Of a stretch of DNA of 64,000 nucleotides, positions 38,150 to 50,229 are shown in pieces. The position numbers and the translations under genes are program-made. The stretch lies in the NCBI RefSeq assembly GCF_004010195.1, contig NC_057711.1, positions 70,477,018 to 70,541,017 on the forward strand, given 5' to 3'. Under the pieces are notes generated by a model. The model was not told the DNA's origin, did not search any database, and worked only from the letters and a program-made list of their open reading frames with translations. The stretch is from Chiloscyllium plagiosum (Eukaryota). The first letter of the stretch is position 1; each line of letters begins with the position of its first letter.

Positions 38150-39774
38150 GATTTTAGCTTCACTCCCAAACTCCCAGTCTTTTGGAGTAACCAATTATGC
38201 TAACATGGTGATTTTGACATAGATCTCCCAAGGTGTTTCACTGGAGCATTATTTGAGAGAATTTCACATTAATTTGCAAAGCATATTGAGACGAATTAAC
38301 AACACCTTAGCCAGAACGGTAAGTTTCAAGGACTGTATTATAGAGAAGGGAATAGTAGAAAAGTGAAAAGGATTATGGATTGATTTTCAAAATACGAGAA
38401 TTAAGTATGCTATCTGCAAATTTGTTTAAACCTGAAGAGCCTTTCTGTTTAAAATAATGCTGAAACTATGAATTAATGTAGATTTTGAGTTAAAAAATTG
38501 GCATTTCTATATGATTTTTATATTTTAGTACATTCAATACATTTACATATCTGTAAAAATAATTTAAACTGAAGTATACCTAACTTTGAATTTTCACGTT
38601 TTCTGACTTTAATTTCATTCATAAATTCATTTTTAAACAAACGTTAAGCTTCAAACTAAGGTAATTTCTTTAGCTATTGGTTTTAACAATTTTAAGGTTC
38701 CTAAAACATCTCATGTCACATTTAACACAATTTACTGTCAGCTCTTCTGGAAAAAAATTTTGCAACTATGAAACCTGTTTGAACCAAACCCGGTAACTCC
38801 AAGCGTGATGTACCTGGCCTAATTAGAAAACAAGAATATCTTCTCCTAAATAATTACTTGAAATTATAAAATGTAATATAGTGGTTAACCTTTTTTTTAC
38901 TTGCAGAATGAAAAATGTGTCAGTGCAATAACTAAAAGCTGCTAATTCGATTTTTAGAAAGCCGCATGTAAACCTAGAGCACAGGGTTGCAAAACCCAGA
39001 GTTTGGCAGCTGAAGGCACAGGCTATTTTTATTCATTCGAGGAGTGCGGGTTTACGGGCTGACTCAGCATTTTATTGCCCATCCGTCCTTGGTGGTTCTT
39101 GAGAAAGTGGTGGTGAGCACAGACCTTGATTGTTGTAGATCTGAAGGAGGTTACAGAGATATGGAAGAATTTGATTATCTAGAAGAGCATTTAAAGTTTG
39201 AGGTGTCGGTTTACTTGGAGCCTCTGCAGCTCTTGGTGGTTAATGACAGGTGCAGGATGTGAGTTCTAATATGAGAAGCAGACCTTTTGATTGGGCTGAA
39301 GTATCTGAATCACAAAAGGTAGGAGAGCAGTAGAGCATTAGAAATTTAGAAGATGGAGATGATTAAGTCATAGATGAGAGTTTCACCAGCAGATAGACAG
39401 ACAAATACTGATATAACTAAAGTGAAAAACCACATTGAACTTGCATTGGCCTACCTCATTTCTATGTAATTGTCTCACAGCAGCTTTCTTCCTGTAAGGA
39501 AAGCTCATCTTTTTAAGATGAGCTGAGATTTCTAAACTCTTGTAATTGAGCTGTGGCCACTAGATTTATCCATTTTGTGCGTATTGTAACTACAGTTCAG
39601 TTTATGTTGTTTTTCTGTGACCCAGTCACCACCTTGTATCGTCATACGATAATGGCTGAAGATCCTGGGATTGTAATTATTAGAGTTTAGATCAAATAGA
39701 AACTTGCAAGATAATGCATGACTTAGAAAGAGTGGACGCTGGGAATTTGTTTTCGTCAGGCAGTGATACTAGGA

Positions 39775-40037
39775 CAGCCTTAGAATTAGAGAGGGTCAAT
39801 TTAAAATGGAAGTGAGGAGACATTTCTTCAGCCAGAGAGTGATGGGCCTATGAAATTCATTGCCACGGAGCGCAGTGGAGGCGGGGACGTTAAATGTCTT
39901 CAAGACAGAGGTTCATAAATTCTTAATTTCGCAAGGAATTAGGCATACGGGGAGAGTGCGGTAAGTGGCGCTGAAATGCCCATCAGCCATGATTGCATGG
40001 CGGACTGGACTTGATGGGCTGAATGGCCCTACTTCCA
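39775..40037 (+). mobile_element. CR1 3' end
   Basis: EVRRHFFSQRV, gggctgaatggcc-tacttc..cctatgttttatggtctt tail. Confidence 0.8.
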
Positions 40038-41759
40038 CTCCTATGTTTTATGGTCTTGTATCTGAAAATTGATGATTTGTTTGGACACATCCGTTTACTA
40101 TGTCACCAAAATATCTATCCGATATTACAGCCGGCAATTAATCAATACATGTCACAGTGAGCATTGACGCGGTTTTCAGCTGTTACATAATCGTGTGCTG
40201 CAAATGTCGAGTGCAAGCTTGGTCCTTTTGTTAATTTTCATTGTGCATGTCACCTTATCACCTGGTATTGTGAGGAAATTTTGTTACCAAGTGGTAAAAT
40301 CATTTTCTGCTTTTTGAGGCTTTAAGATAATCACCACATTATCTCCAGCTTTTATAACTTGTCTGAGCATATGCTGAAACTCATGATTTACACCTGAGCT
40401 TAATCAACTAACCATTGTTTTATGTGTGTACAGGCAAATGAAGGATGTCACCTACAATTAAATGGCTTGCTAATAGAGTTGAGCTTGACTCTGCATCTTA
40501 TTTATAATTCTTGACTTTTTTTTCTGTCTAAGTCCTGGAACACAGATCAATCACTGGCAAAACCATCATTGCCCATCCTAATTCTACTTTCAATATTGGT
40601 AGTCACTTTGAATGCCAAAGATTGATGGTGAAGCACTTCTTTTAAATGTTGGAGGCAGTCATTTCCTAATACTTGTGTGGCATGGAATTTGCTAATGAAT
40701 TTGAATTCTGAGTCTGAATGTAGAACTGTAACAATGAGACTAAATACTACTAAGAAATTCCGTCTTTCTCTTGATTTTTGTCTGGCCGCGCTCACTCCTG
40801 GTACTAGCCTGGCTGGTCTTCTGCTTCAGAAAGCTCGCAGTAACTCTCTTTCTTATAGCATTGTTGGAAGGGCTCATTGAGGAATCTGTGATTGGGTCAT
40901 TTGTCAGTAGTAACTCTAACTGCCCTTTCTTTTCATCTCTCACTGACTTTCCTATCCATATCTTCATGGGAGACTGATTCACCCATTCACTAATTCTTGT
41001 ACTGCACCCAACACCCATCACTATCTGTGTAATGTGTTAGTAGATCAAATCCTATCTCCGTTTTCTGTATTTATTTTGAGACTGTGTCCATTCACTTGTA
41101 AACATCGTCCTTGCCCGCTACGATTTAAATTGTGGACAACTACATTGACATCTTCCTTCGATGGAAACTTTGTTCACAATTGTGAACATCTTGCTTACTG
41201 TAGATTTCATCATCTTCCACCTGCCCTATCCAAGTCACAGTGATGATTGGTTAGATTGGTTACTGTATTGGAAGGTCATTTGGCCTCTCATGTATGTGCC
41301 AGTATTATGCAAGAGCATCTTATTGAATGCAACTTTCTTACGTTTTTTGCAGTGGTGCTGCAAATCTTTTCTGTTCAATTTTATAATTGCTCATTTCTGT
41401 TTTGAAAACGATGACTTGAGTCTGCCTCCAGCATCCCTGTCTCTCGAGCAGTGCATTCCAGATCTTCATCAGTTTCTGTGTAAAAAAAAAAATGTTTGTC
41501 CTCATGTCATTATTATACTTTGCAAATCACCTTGAATTAGTATTCTCTGGTTCTCAATTCACCCACCAATGGAATAGTTTCTCTATTTTTACTATGTCTA
41601 GACTCCTTGTGACCTTGAGCATATTTCACCTTTGACTTTTCTGAGAAAAACATTTGCAGCATTTCCAAGCTTTCCACGTAACTAAAGCCCCTTATTGCTG
41701 AATTAATCTACCTCTCTTGACTGTCATTTTAAAATTCTCCTGTTCTGCGAGCCCCACTT

Positions 41760-42800
41760 ACTATTCTGTGATTCTAAGCAGTCAGTACCTGTATGTCCTG
41801 TTTCTGTGTAATTCCTGATTCTGCCTTGAATGACTGCTGTTCGCAGTAATTACAATTTCCATTTCTATTGATCTGACACCTCTTGCTTCTGGTTTCACTC
41901 CTGACCTCTCTAATTATATCTCTGTACATAACCTGTCCATATTCACTGTTACCTCTCTGTTTTCTCCATTTCTATAGCTGCTGTATTTCCATGGCTTTGT
42001 CAGCTTGCTTCACCGACCTGTATTTCCCTTCAAAGCTTCCTTCGTCTCCCCATTCCACTCCTTACTCATTTAAAAAGTTTTCCAGTGAATTTTTTGCAAT
42101 TGCGCTTTTGAGCTGCCAACCATCTAGCCTTTGCCAATAAATCTTTATCATTAATCCTGGTTTCTTTCTCCTCATGTGATCCTCATCTTAATTGGTTTAT
42201 GTCCAAACGTAGCACATCTGAATGCATCTGACACATACCTTCTCTAAGCATTTGACACAAAATGTGGCAAGCTTACATCAGTGTCACCAAGCCTCACTGT
42301 CCTCTGCCAAAACTGTTTGGTACCCTGGTTCTACATCATGCCCTCTACTTTCTTTCTTTTATCTTCAGCGCTTATCAAACTGCTCTATCCTGTCCTATTC
42401 AACTCTTGGAACAGTGTGTAGCATGGATGTTAATAGTTCTAGAACTCTGAAGCAGTCCTCACTAAAGCTACACATGTTACTAATTATAATGTAGAATCCT
42501 TTTTGATCTCTGCAGCTTTTGACATAATCTCCTTTTCCAAGCCCCCCACTATTGTCCAGCTGAATTGGCTCTCTGTCTCTCAAAGACTCTAATTTAAAAT
42601 ACTCCATTTCTGAAACCTCCATGCCTACAGACCTCTGGAATTCTGACATCTTGCGTATCCATCCTTTTCTTTGCAAAACCATTGGCTTTCAACCATCTAT
42701 TTCTCAGTCTAGAATTTCCTCCTTTTCTGATCCTCTCACTCTTCTTAACTCCTTTCCTTAGTCTCAGCATGCCTTCCTGGAAGGCCATGGAATTTCCTTT
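41760..42800 (+). mobile_element. Highly decayed L2-like LINE body
   Basis: Pyrimidine-rich decayed RT-like sequence including cttttgatctctgcagcttttgacata (DLSAAFD-like). Confidence 0.45.
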
Positions 42801-44238
42801 GTCTTTAAAAGCTTTTAGATAAAAGTAAATGTGTTGATTAGCTTAGCAATTTGCTCTTTCTTTCTAGCTGCTGAGTTTGTGACTGACACATCTGTGTTGT
42901 ACTTGCCTTTTTTACTCCTACTTTTTCTCTGAATGCATTTCATTGATTATCAGGAAGGCCACCCTTGACTGTTTGCCAGAGAGTATATGAAAACAGTTTG
43001 GTGCATGTCATCTCATTGTTCATTTATTTTCCTCCCTTTATGAGTGCAGTTGCTTCGATATCGATTGAACACCTGCAACAGGAATTAAGCAATAGAAGAT
43101 AAGAGCTGGAATTCTAATGTGCCCATTTCTATTTCATCAGAGATGCTGTGGGAAAACAATATTGTGGGAACAACGGTGATATCTTGGATGCTGAATTCAG
43201 TTCTGATTTCCAGAAAGTTTTGTGCTGAAGTATAATTTCAAAACCACATCCACATTCATTCAAGTGTGATGTTTTATCCATTCTTGTACACTGGTATATC
43301 CCTCTGGTTGAATTGCTTTTGTCTTTCCATGGTTGTGCATCAGTTCTACTTGTTACTCCTTAGCCATTGTGATTGGGGGGAAGAAAGTGTTTTCTTCATC
43401 ATCTTAACCTTTTTGGACGGATCACCAATCATTTATAATATCTCCGTACAAGTGGCGTTATTATTTTTAGTTAATTATGCAGGTATAAGCTTTGAACTTC
43501 AAATAATTGTGGAATTCAGGAATAATGTGCAATATTTAGACTTCTTCACCCTTTTTATTCTCGTTATGATACAATAAACCTACATGTTGCTTTTCTGGAA
43601 GTGAAGTGCCTTCAAAGTTTTAAGTTTCAGCACATGTTTAGCTTTGTTCCGATTCTGTACATGTCTTGGCATACGCTATTAGACCATATAGTAAATGTTC
43701 CAAAATGCTCAGTGCTTTATGCACATTGTGGTATAGCTAACTTTTTTTTTTAAGGGAGAAATGTAATCCCTAGAACCATTGGTGCCACGTGGAATCTACT
43801 GGAGAGGTTGCCAAGCTACAACACTTTATGTTCCTGATTAAAATACTGATTAATGCAACTGAAAAGCTTGGATTTTGCCCTTAGAACTTATATTTCAAAG
43901 GATCATTTAATTATTACTATGAATCATATAAACTACTGCCAACATTATTTCATGAGGAACTAGAACACAGACTATATCCTGAGTATTTTCCATGAAAATA
44001 TGTTCTGTCTTAGTCAGTACATAACAATAAATGTAATATGATTAATTGCAAACAGTACATTGGTGCTCAGTGGGTGAGAGTGCTAGATAACTTTATTTTT
44101 GCATATATTCCTGATCATAGTTGATTGATTAGAAATGGGTCAAACAAGAAGATTTGCAGAAAAGTCATCTCTGGTCGGACCTGTATCCAAAATGCAAATT
44201 TAGAACTCACATATTGTAGTTCACTTATGTCCACAGTG

Positions 44239-44870
44239 GTCATAGAGTCATAGAGATATACAGCACGGAAACCGACCCTTCGGTTCAACTCGTCCATGCT
44301 GACCAGATATCTCGAGCTAATCTAGTCCCACTTGCCAGCACTTGACCCATATCCCTCCAAACCCTTCCTATTCATATACTCATTCAGATGCCTTTTAAAT
44401 GTTGTAATTGTACCAGCCTCTACCACTTCCTGTGGCAGCTCATTCCAGACATGCACCACCTTCTTTGTGAAAAAATTGCCCCTTAGGTCTTTTAAATCTT
44501 TCCCCTCTCACCCTAAACCTGTGCCTTCTCGGTCTGGACTCCCCACTCCAGGGAAAAGACTTTGCCAGTTTATCCTATTCATGCCCCTCATGATTTTATA
44601 AACCTCTATGAGGTCACTCCTCAGTCTTCGCTCCAGGGAAAACAGCCCCAGCGTATTCAGCTTGTCTCTATAGCTCAAATCTGGCAACATCCTTGTAAAT
44701 GTTTTCTGAACCCTTTCAAATTTCACAAACATCCTTCCGATAGGAAGGAGACCAGAATTGCAAGCAATATTCCAAAAGTGGCCTGACCAACGTCCTGTCC
44801 AGCCACGACATGACCTCCCAACTCCTGTAGTCAATTCTCTGACCAATGAAGGAAAGCATACCTAACTCCT
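44239..44870 (-). mobile_element. CR1 3' portion
   Basis: ERVQKTFTRMLP..ERRLRSDLIEVYKIMRG; complementary to 22000-22605. Confidence 0.9.
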
Positions 44871-45202
44871 GGCCAGTTTATGATTGACTGACTGGGAGAC
44901 AACTGAGGCTGAAGAGATTTTCTATGTAGGTGGTGTTTAATACTCTGGTCAGAGGGTAATTATTAATCCATTGTTGGTAAATAGCAGCTTTTGGCAAAAT
45001 ATAAACTGTATCAGACAAACTTGTTTGTTATTGGTCCAGAATTTGAAGATGTCTGAGCAACTGGGGCCTAGTCAGCGACACATGCTCCCTTCTCAAGATT
45101 TAAAATAAAAATCCGTATTAGTAGTTTAATTGACATTTTTAAGTTGTATATTTTTATATGTTAGACATTGAGGTCTTAAAGAAACTGATCAGATTAAACA
45201 TG

Positions 45203-45409
45203 ATTTGGAGATGCCGTGTTGGACTGGGGTACAAAGTTAAAAATCACACAACACCAGGTTATGGTCCAACAGGTTTAATTGGAAGCACACTAGCTTTCGG
45301 AGCGTCGCTCCTTGCATCACTATCACCTGATGAAGGAGCGGCGCTCTGAAAGCTAGTGTGCTTCCAATTAAACCTGTTGGACTATAACCTGGTGTTGCGT
45401 GATTTTTAA
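45203..45409. mobile_element. Head-to-head inverted pLTR pair (family C) with hammerhead motif
   Basis: 45236-45313 complementary to 45333-45410; 13-bp TSD cagattaaacatg 45190-45202 / 45410-45422. Confidence 0.92.
45324..45358 (+). ncRNA. Minimal type I hammerhead motif (CUA cleavage triplet)
   Basis: CAC-CUGAUGA-A-GGAGC(ggc)GCUCU-GAAA-G-CUA^-GUG; stem I CAC/GUG; the G10.1-C11.1 pair is G-U here. Confidence 0.7.
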
Positions 45410-46322
45410 CAGATTAAACATGTGTATCTGAAATCCAGAGTAACTTTGTTTTTGTTCATGACCAGTTTTTGTTCAATGATTGTTGCTTCCCCAATGACTG
45501 AAAAATAAAGGGAGCAAAGTCATAATAGTTTGAACCATGTAGACCCCTAAGAACATATCTCAGGTAAATTGATTATTCTGTTTGAGTAATTTGTCAGAAA
45601 CTGTGCCTCTTTCTCTGATTCAGTGTTTCCAGCAGTGGCATGTGACTTGATTTGTACTGCTTGTTTGTGTCATATATTCTGCATTAATTACATCTCCAAA
45701 GTTCAATCCTGTGTTATGGCCTGTATTATTTTAGCAATCACATAGTTTAACCCATTTTTGTAAAATGCCAAATTTCTTAAAGATTTCTAGTTTACAGTGC
45801 ATTATTGGTTTTCTTAACAGGATGGTTGAGTGACAACATCATGCACTCAATTCCTGATCCACACCCCAAAGGAATCCAGCCACAGAGAATTTATTGTCTC
45901 TGTGGCTGTTGAAGAATTTTAAATACTGTACAACAAAGTGATCATTAGTCTTGATGGGTTTAAAATGAATGCTTTTTATGGGGATGGAGGAGGTGGAAAT
46001 TTTCGTCATGTGATGAGCAATTTTAACCCTTTTTTTTGTAATATTACTGTGGGTCGACACATTCAATTTTGAAATCTGTCTAAAAAGTCACACTATGTCC
46101 TACCTTCTTAGGCAGAAAGTATATGCAAGTATAAACATACTTGAAATACTAGTTTTGCCTGGAGTTGTCTCTGTATTTTTAATTGGAAAAACCTGTCATG
46201 TAACTTTTGAACCTTGAAATTCAGATAGTCATCAATGATGCATGATTTTCCTTGAAGTCTTTCTCTTGTCATTCCTGCGGACTCAATAATTCCAGAGATA
46301 GCAGTCGTTTGGTGATACTGAA

Positions 46323-46833
46323 CTTGAGTATTGCTGAAGAGAGAAAACTTGCTGAAACATTTTGTCTTGCATTCATCAGGACAAATGTAGAATGACTAAT
46401 TTCAAGCTGTTCAGTCCATACTATGATGAAAAAGATGCTGATTTGTGGGCCAAATGCCTTGTATTAGCTGAAATGTTGCCATGGAGAAAGCAACAGGAAG
46501 CTACAGGTTTCCAAAACTCCTCAGATTTTCAAAAAGGCAAATGCCCAGAACATATTCCTTTTCTTTGCGGAGGATGGATCTTTCCCAGCTCACTGACCAA
46601 TTTATCTTTAGCTTACAATCAATTTAAGAAAATCTAAAAATCTTTTGCCTTTTTTAAACTATATAGGAGCTCAGATAATTAATAGTTCCGTGATGCTTTT
46701 ACAGTGGCAATACCTCAGCCAATCAGTCAGTTTACCAGCCAACCCTTTTTTCCTGCATCACTCATTCTTGTGTTAGTCCTAGCGAGTGCAAGATGAAAAG
46801 GTTTGGCAACATGTTTTTCTGTTCAGTAATACT
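46323..46833. mobile_element. Old element with inverted hammerhead-like termini (family D)
   Basis: Minus gtcCTGATGAatgcaagacaaaa (46355-46382) vs plus gtcctagcgagtgcaagatGAAA (46776-46798); ends gagtattgctga / tcagtaatactc; related copy at ~48950-49140. Confidence 0.55.
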
Positions 46834-47517
46834 CCAAAATGCCGTAACTTCAGCTTGAAACTCAGCTGACATTATTCTGTTTTGCGGTAAATCCTCTTCA
46901 TCCGTCCCTCCTTATCTTAATTGCTTGTACCCACAAGGTTTCATCCTGATGTTTTAAATCTTATTGTAGCCTCACCTTCCATGTTTCTTCTCTGTCAAAT
47001 CTGGCCCCCACATGTTTACAAGAGTTCTCCTCTGACACTGTCTTGGTACGCAACTCACTTTAAAAAAAGCACAATGACCATGGTAGACTGCATCTTCAGC
47101 TGTCAATATCTTCCAATTACCTTTCTGAATGCCTTCAATCGTTTAATGATAAATTGGTCGCAAGAGATATGGAAACAGAGCTAATAGCCTTGAGTACAAT
47201 TTGCTTGGGTGGAGAGTAAATGCTGACTTGGATTATTTGGGTTGAACATTTATTTATTCATTTGTGGGATATGGGTGACATTGTCTTTATTAGCATTTGT
47301 TTCCTGTCCCTAATTGCCCTTGAATGGCTTGCCAGTCTGTTTCATAGGGATGTTCGTCTGGAGTAAGTGTAGGCCCGCTCTTGCAAGAATCACAGATTTC
47401 CTTCCCCAAAGGATATTTGTGAGCCAGATGAGGTTTTTTTCTGACAATTGACAATGGTTGCCATTAGGTTAGCTTTTAATTCTGGATTTTTATTCAGACT
47501 TTGGCATCTAGCATTTA

Positions 47518-47835
47518 TAAAAACGTAGGAGCAAGAATAGTCTATTTGGCCCCTCAATCCTGCCACACCATTCAAGAAGATTGTGGCTGATCATCCCAGG
47601 TCTCAACTCCTCTTTTGTGCCATATCAACATAGCTGTCAACTCCTTTGATATTTCAAAAATCTATTCTACTTTCTCTTTAACTACTTTGAATGAGCTAAC
47701 TCTTTGGAGTAGGGAATGCCAGACTTCACTACCCTCTGGGAGAAGAGATTCCTTTGCATCTTTGTTTTAAATGAATGCCCCCCTTATTCTGCAATTATTC
47801 CCTAGTTTGACGCACCCCCCCAACTCATGGAAAAA
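47518..47835 (-). mobile_element. CR1 3' end
   Basis: gtaggagcaagaatag..ccattcaa tail, similar to 29010-29340 and 49560-49695. Confidence 0.7.
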
Positions 47836-48599
47836 GCTCCAGTCCAAGTCAGTGCGGTTTACAACCTTGTACATTCCTCACCGATAACTTCTTTATCTCT
47901 TTGCTGCATCCCACTTTTGTATGCAGTCTATTCATGCGTGCTGTAGGAGGCCACACATTTTTCATATTTTTGGGATTATAAACTGAAGTCGAACAGAAGG
48001 ACCTTTTGATTGGGAGTGAATCATTGTACATCATTGCATATTATTAGCTGCAACGGTGAAAAGGACTGAGAGAAAAATACCTTCTTATCTTGTGCTCTGG
48101 ACTTCTCATTTTTGGGATTTTAGTCACCCTATGTATATTACTTTTCCGCCCATAGTGTTTGTGTTAAACCTTTTGACTTTTGTCTGTCTTAATTGTGTTC
48201 TTGTATTGGGATTTAAAAGAGATATAGTTGAAATTGTATAAAATCAGAAATCTTTTCATTGCTCTTGTTAAAAGGGAGTTTTTTTCCCCTTGCTGGAGAA
48301 ATCACATGTGAACTACTTCTGCCCTGAATAGCAGTCAGTCAGTCAAATTAGTCATTTTGATGGTCTTATTGGGATTTTTATACATTCCTCTTTTTTTTCT
48401 GGCAGCTTGAGGAATAGTGGGGCATAGTTCCCAAACAAAACATAATACTTTTTCTATATATTTTTCCCCATGTTTGTTTCTTGCTTTTACCTCTTGTTCA
48501 TTTTCTCTCTTCACCCTCTAATTCTGCTCATCCCGAATACTATACTTTGTCCCCTTTTTTGCAATTTCATGAAAGGTCGATTAGGACTTTGATTGTTTG

Positions 48600-48898
48600 G
48601 GTGGCACGGCGGCTCAGTGGTTAGAACATCAGTCTCGCAGCGCCAGGACCCGGGTTCGATTCCAGCCTTGGGCGACTGTGTGGAGTTTGCACATTCTCCA
48701 CGGTTTCCTCCGGGTGTTCCAGTTTCCTCCCACAATTCAAAGATGTGCTAGTCAGGTAGATTGGCCAAGCTAAATTGCACATGGTGTTAGGTGCATGAGT
48801 CAGAGGGAAATGGGTCTGTGTGGGTTACTCTTCGGAGAGTCAGTGTGGACTGGTGTGGTTGAATGGCCTGTTGCCACTCTGTAGGGAACCTAATCTAA
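48600..48898 (+). mobile_element. HE1-type V-SINE
   Basis: A box ggctcagtgg, B box ggttcgattcc, core and ctaatcta tail. Confidence 0.9.
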
Positions 48899-50229
48899 GT
48901 ATTGACTGAAAGTTTGTTTCAAATTGACACAAATTCTTAAAAACTAACACTGAAATAGTTTGTGGAAGCATTTTGTTTTTTTGCATTCATCAAGACAATT
49001 TGCAAGAAGTATTGATGTAAAGGGAACACTATAGTAGTATTGTATGAGAAGAAAGTTGGCAGATGGTCTCTGCTTGTTAGAGGCATTCCCATGGAGGATG
49101 CACCAGTTAGATGAGTTTTTTTTTCTTTTTCAGCAATACCCTAGGTCTGTACCACCAAGTGTGTAGAATATGTTTGTTAGTAATGACAAGCTTTTTTCTC
49201 CGTTTTTAGGAAACACTTGTAAAGGAACGTGCAAATAAGGGCATGTACTGGCTTGCATCTTGTACTTGTCTGTGCATGCATACTGGTGATTGAGTTTTTG
49301 AGCAATCCAAGCATTCAATATAACTGAGCTGACACTAGCTTAAACCAGCTGCTGACAAGAAGGACCACGGTCACCCAGGGTGTTAAAAGAGGCTTGATTT
49401 CGAGAGTGATGAAAGAAAGAAAAATGGGGCAAAGTGGATTGACCTTGTAAATGGCACAGATGTCACAAGGCAAGTGCCTTCTGAGCTATTTAAATCTTAA
49501 ATTAAATCAAAATGATTTTGGTTGCAGTGGACATGATTTGGTTCTTGTTGGACATAGACCGTAAGCTATACGAACAAAATTAGGCCATTCAGCCCATTGA
49601 GTCTTATCTGCTATTCGACCATGACTACTACTTTTTTCAAGCCCATTTGCCTGCCTTTTCCCTGTAAACATTGACCTCCTTACTAATCAAGTAATGACAT
49701 AGTTCTTAATTTTTTTTTTCTTTAATTTCCTAGTGATTTTTTTGTTTGGAATCTAAGTATTTTTCCTGTTTGTTTTTAATCTGAAAGTAACCTGTAATCA
49801 AATTCGCAGCTATTACCAGCCAATAAGCTTACTGTTTTCTTGTGGTATTGTACAAGAGATGTGATTACAGGAGCTTCAACCACCCGTTACCAGCACCATT
49901 CCAACTGTTCATTATCCTTCATATTAGTCCTCAATGTCCCTTCTAAATCTGAACCAGCATCCATTTTGTTTTGCTGTTAGAAAAACCGACATTGCTGGAA
50001 CAAACACAGCAGGTCTGACGGCATCTGTGGAGAGAAATCAGTCCAGTGACCCTTCTTCGGAACTCTGTTTTGCTGTTATGGTGTATTTGAAATTATTGTT
50101 TTACGTTTAGGATTTTTCCCAAAGTTTAAGAGCTCATGCCCATTCAGTTCTTCATAGTACTTCCTTTACAGTATGTTAGATGTGGCTATGACTCTGCAGA
50201 GTTCAATTTCATCTGAGAAGTTCACTTGT

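Noticed and set aside
37531..38203. Long ORFs spanning N runs (also 53282-54365)
   Set aside because: Artefacts of assembly gaps.
40740..41330. Possible third Gypsy relic (LQVNGHSLKINT) and 18-bp palindrome at 41171-41188
   Set aside because: Only one weak motif, without the DTG catalytic triad; a lone palindrome of this size is not informative.
45930..46030. KVIISLDGFK resembling the ENPP phosphodiesterase motif
   Set aside because: In-frame stop just upstream, no splice acceptor there, and no further ENPP motifs.
49210..49292. Strong acceptor-like sites (also 8140, 38906, 43140)
   Set aside because: Each is followed by early stops or lacks a convincing donor; no coherent gene model could be built.
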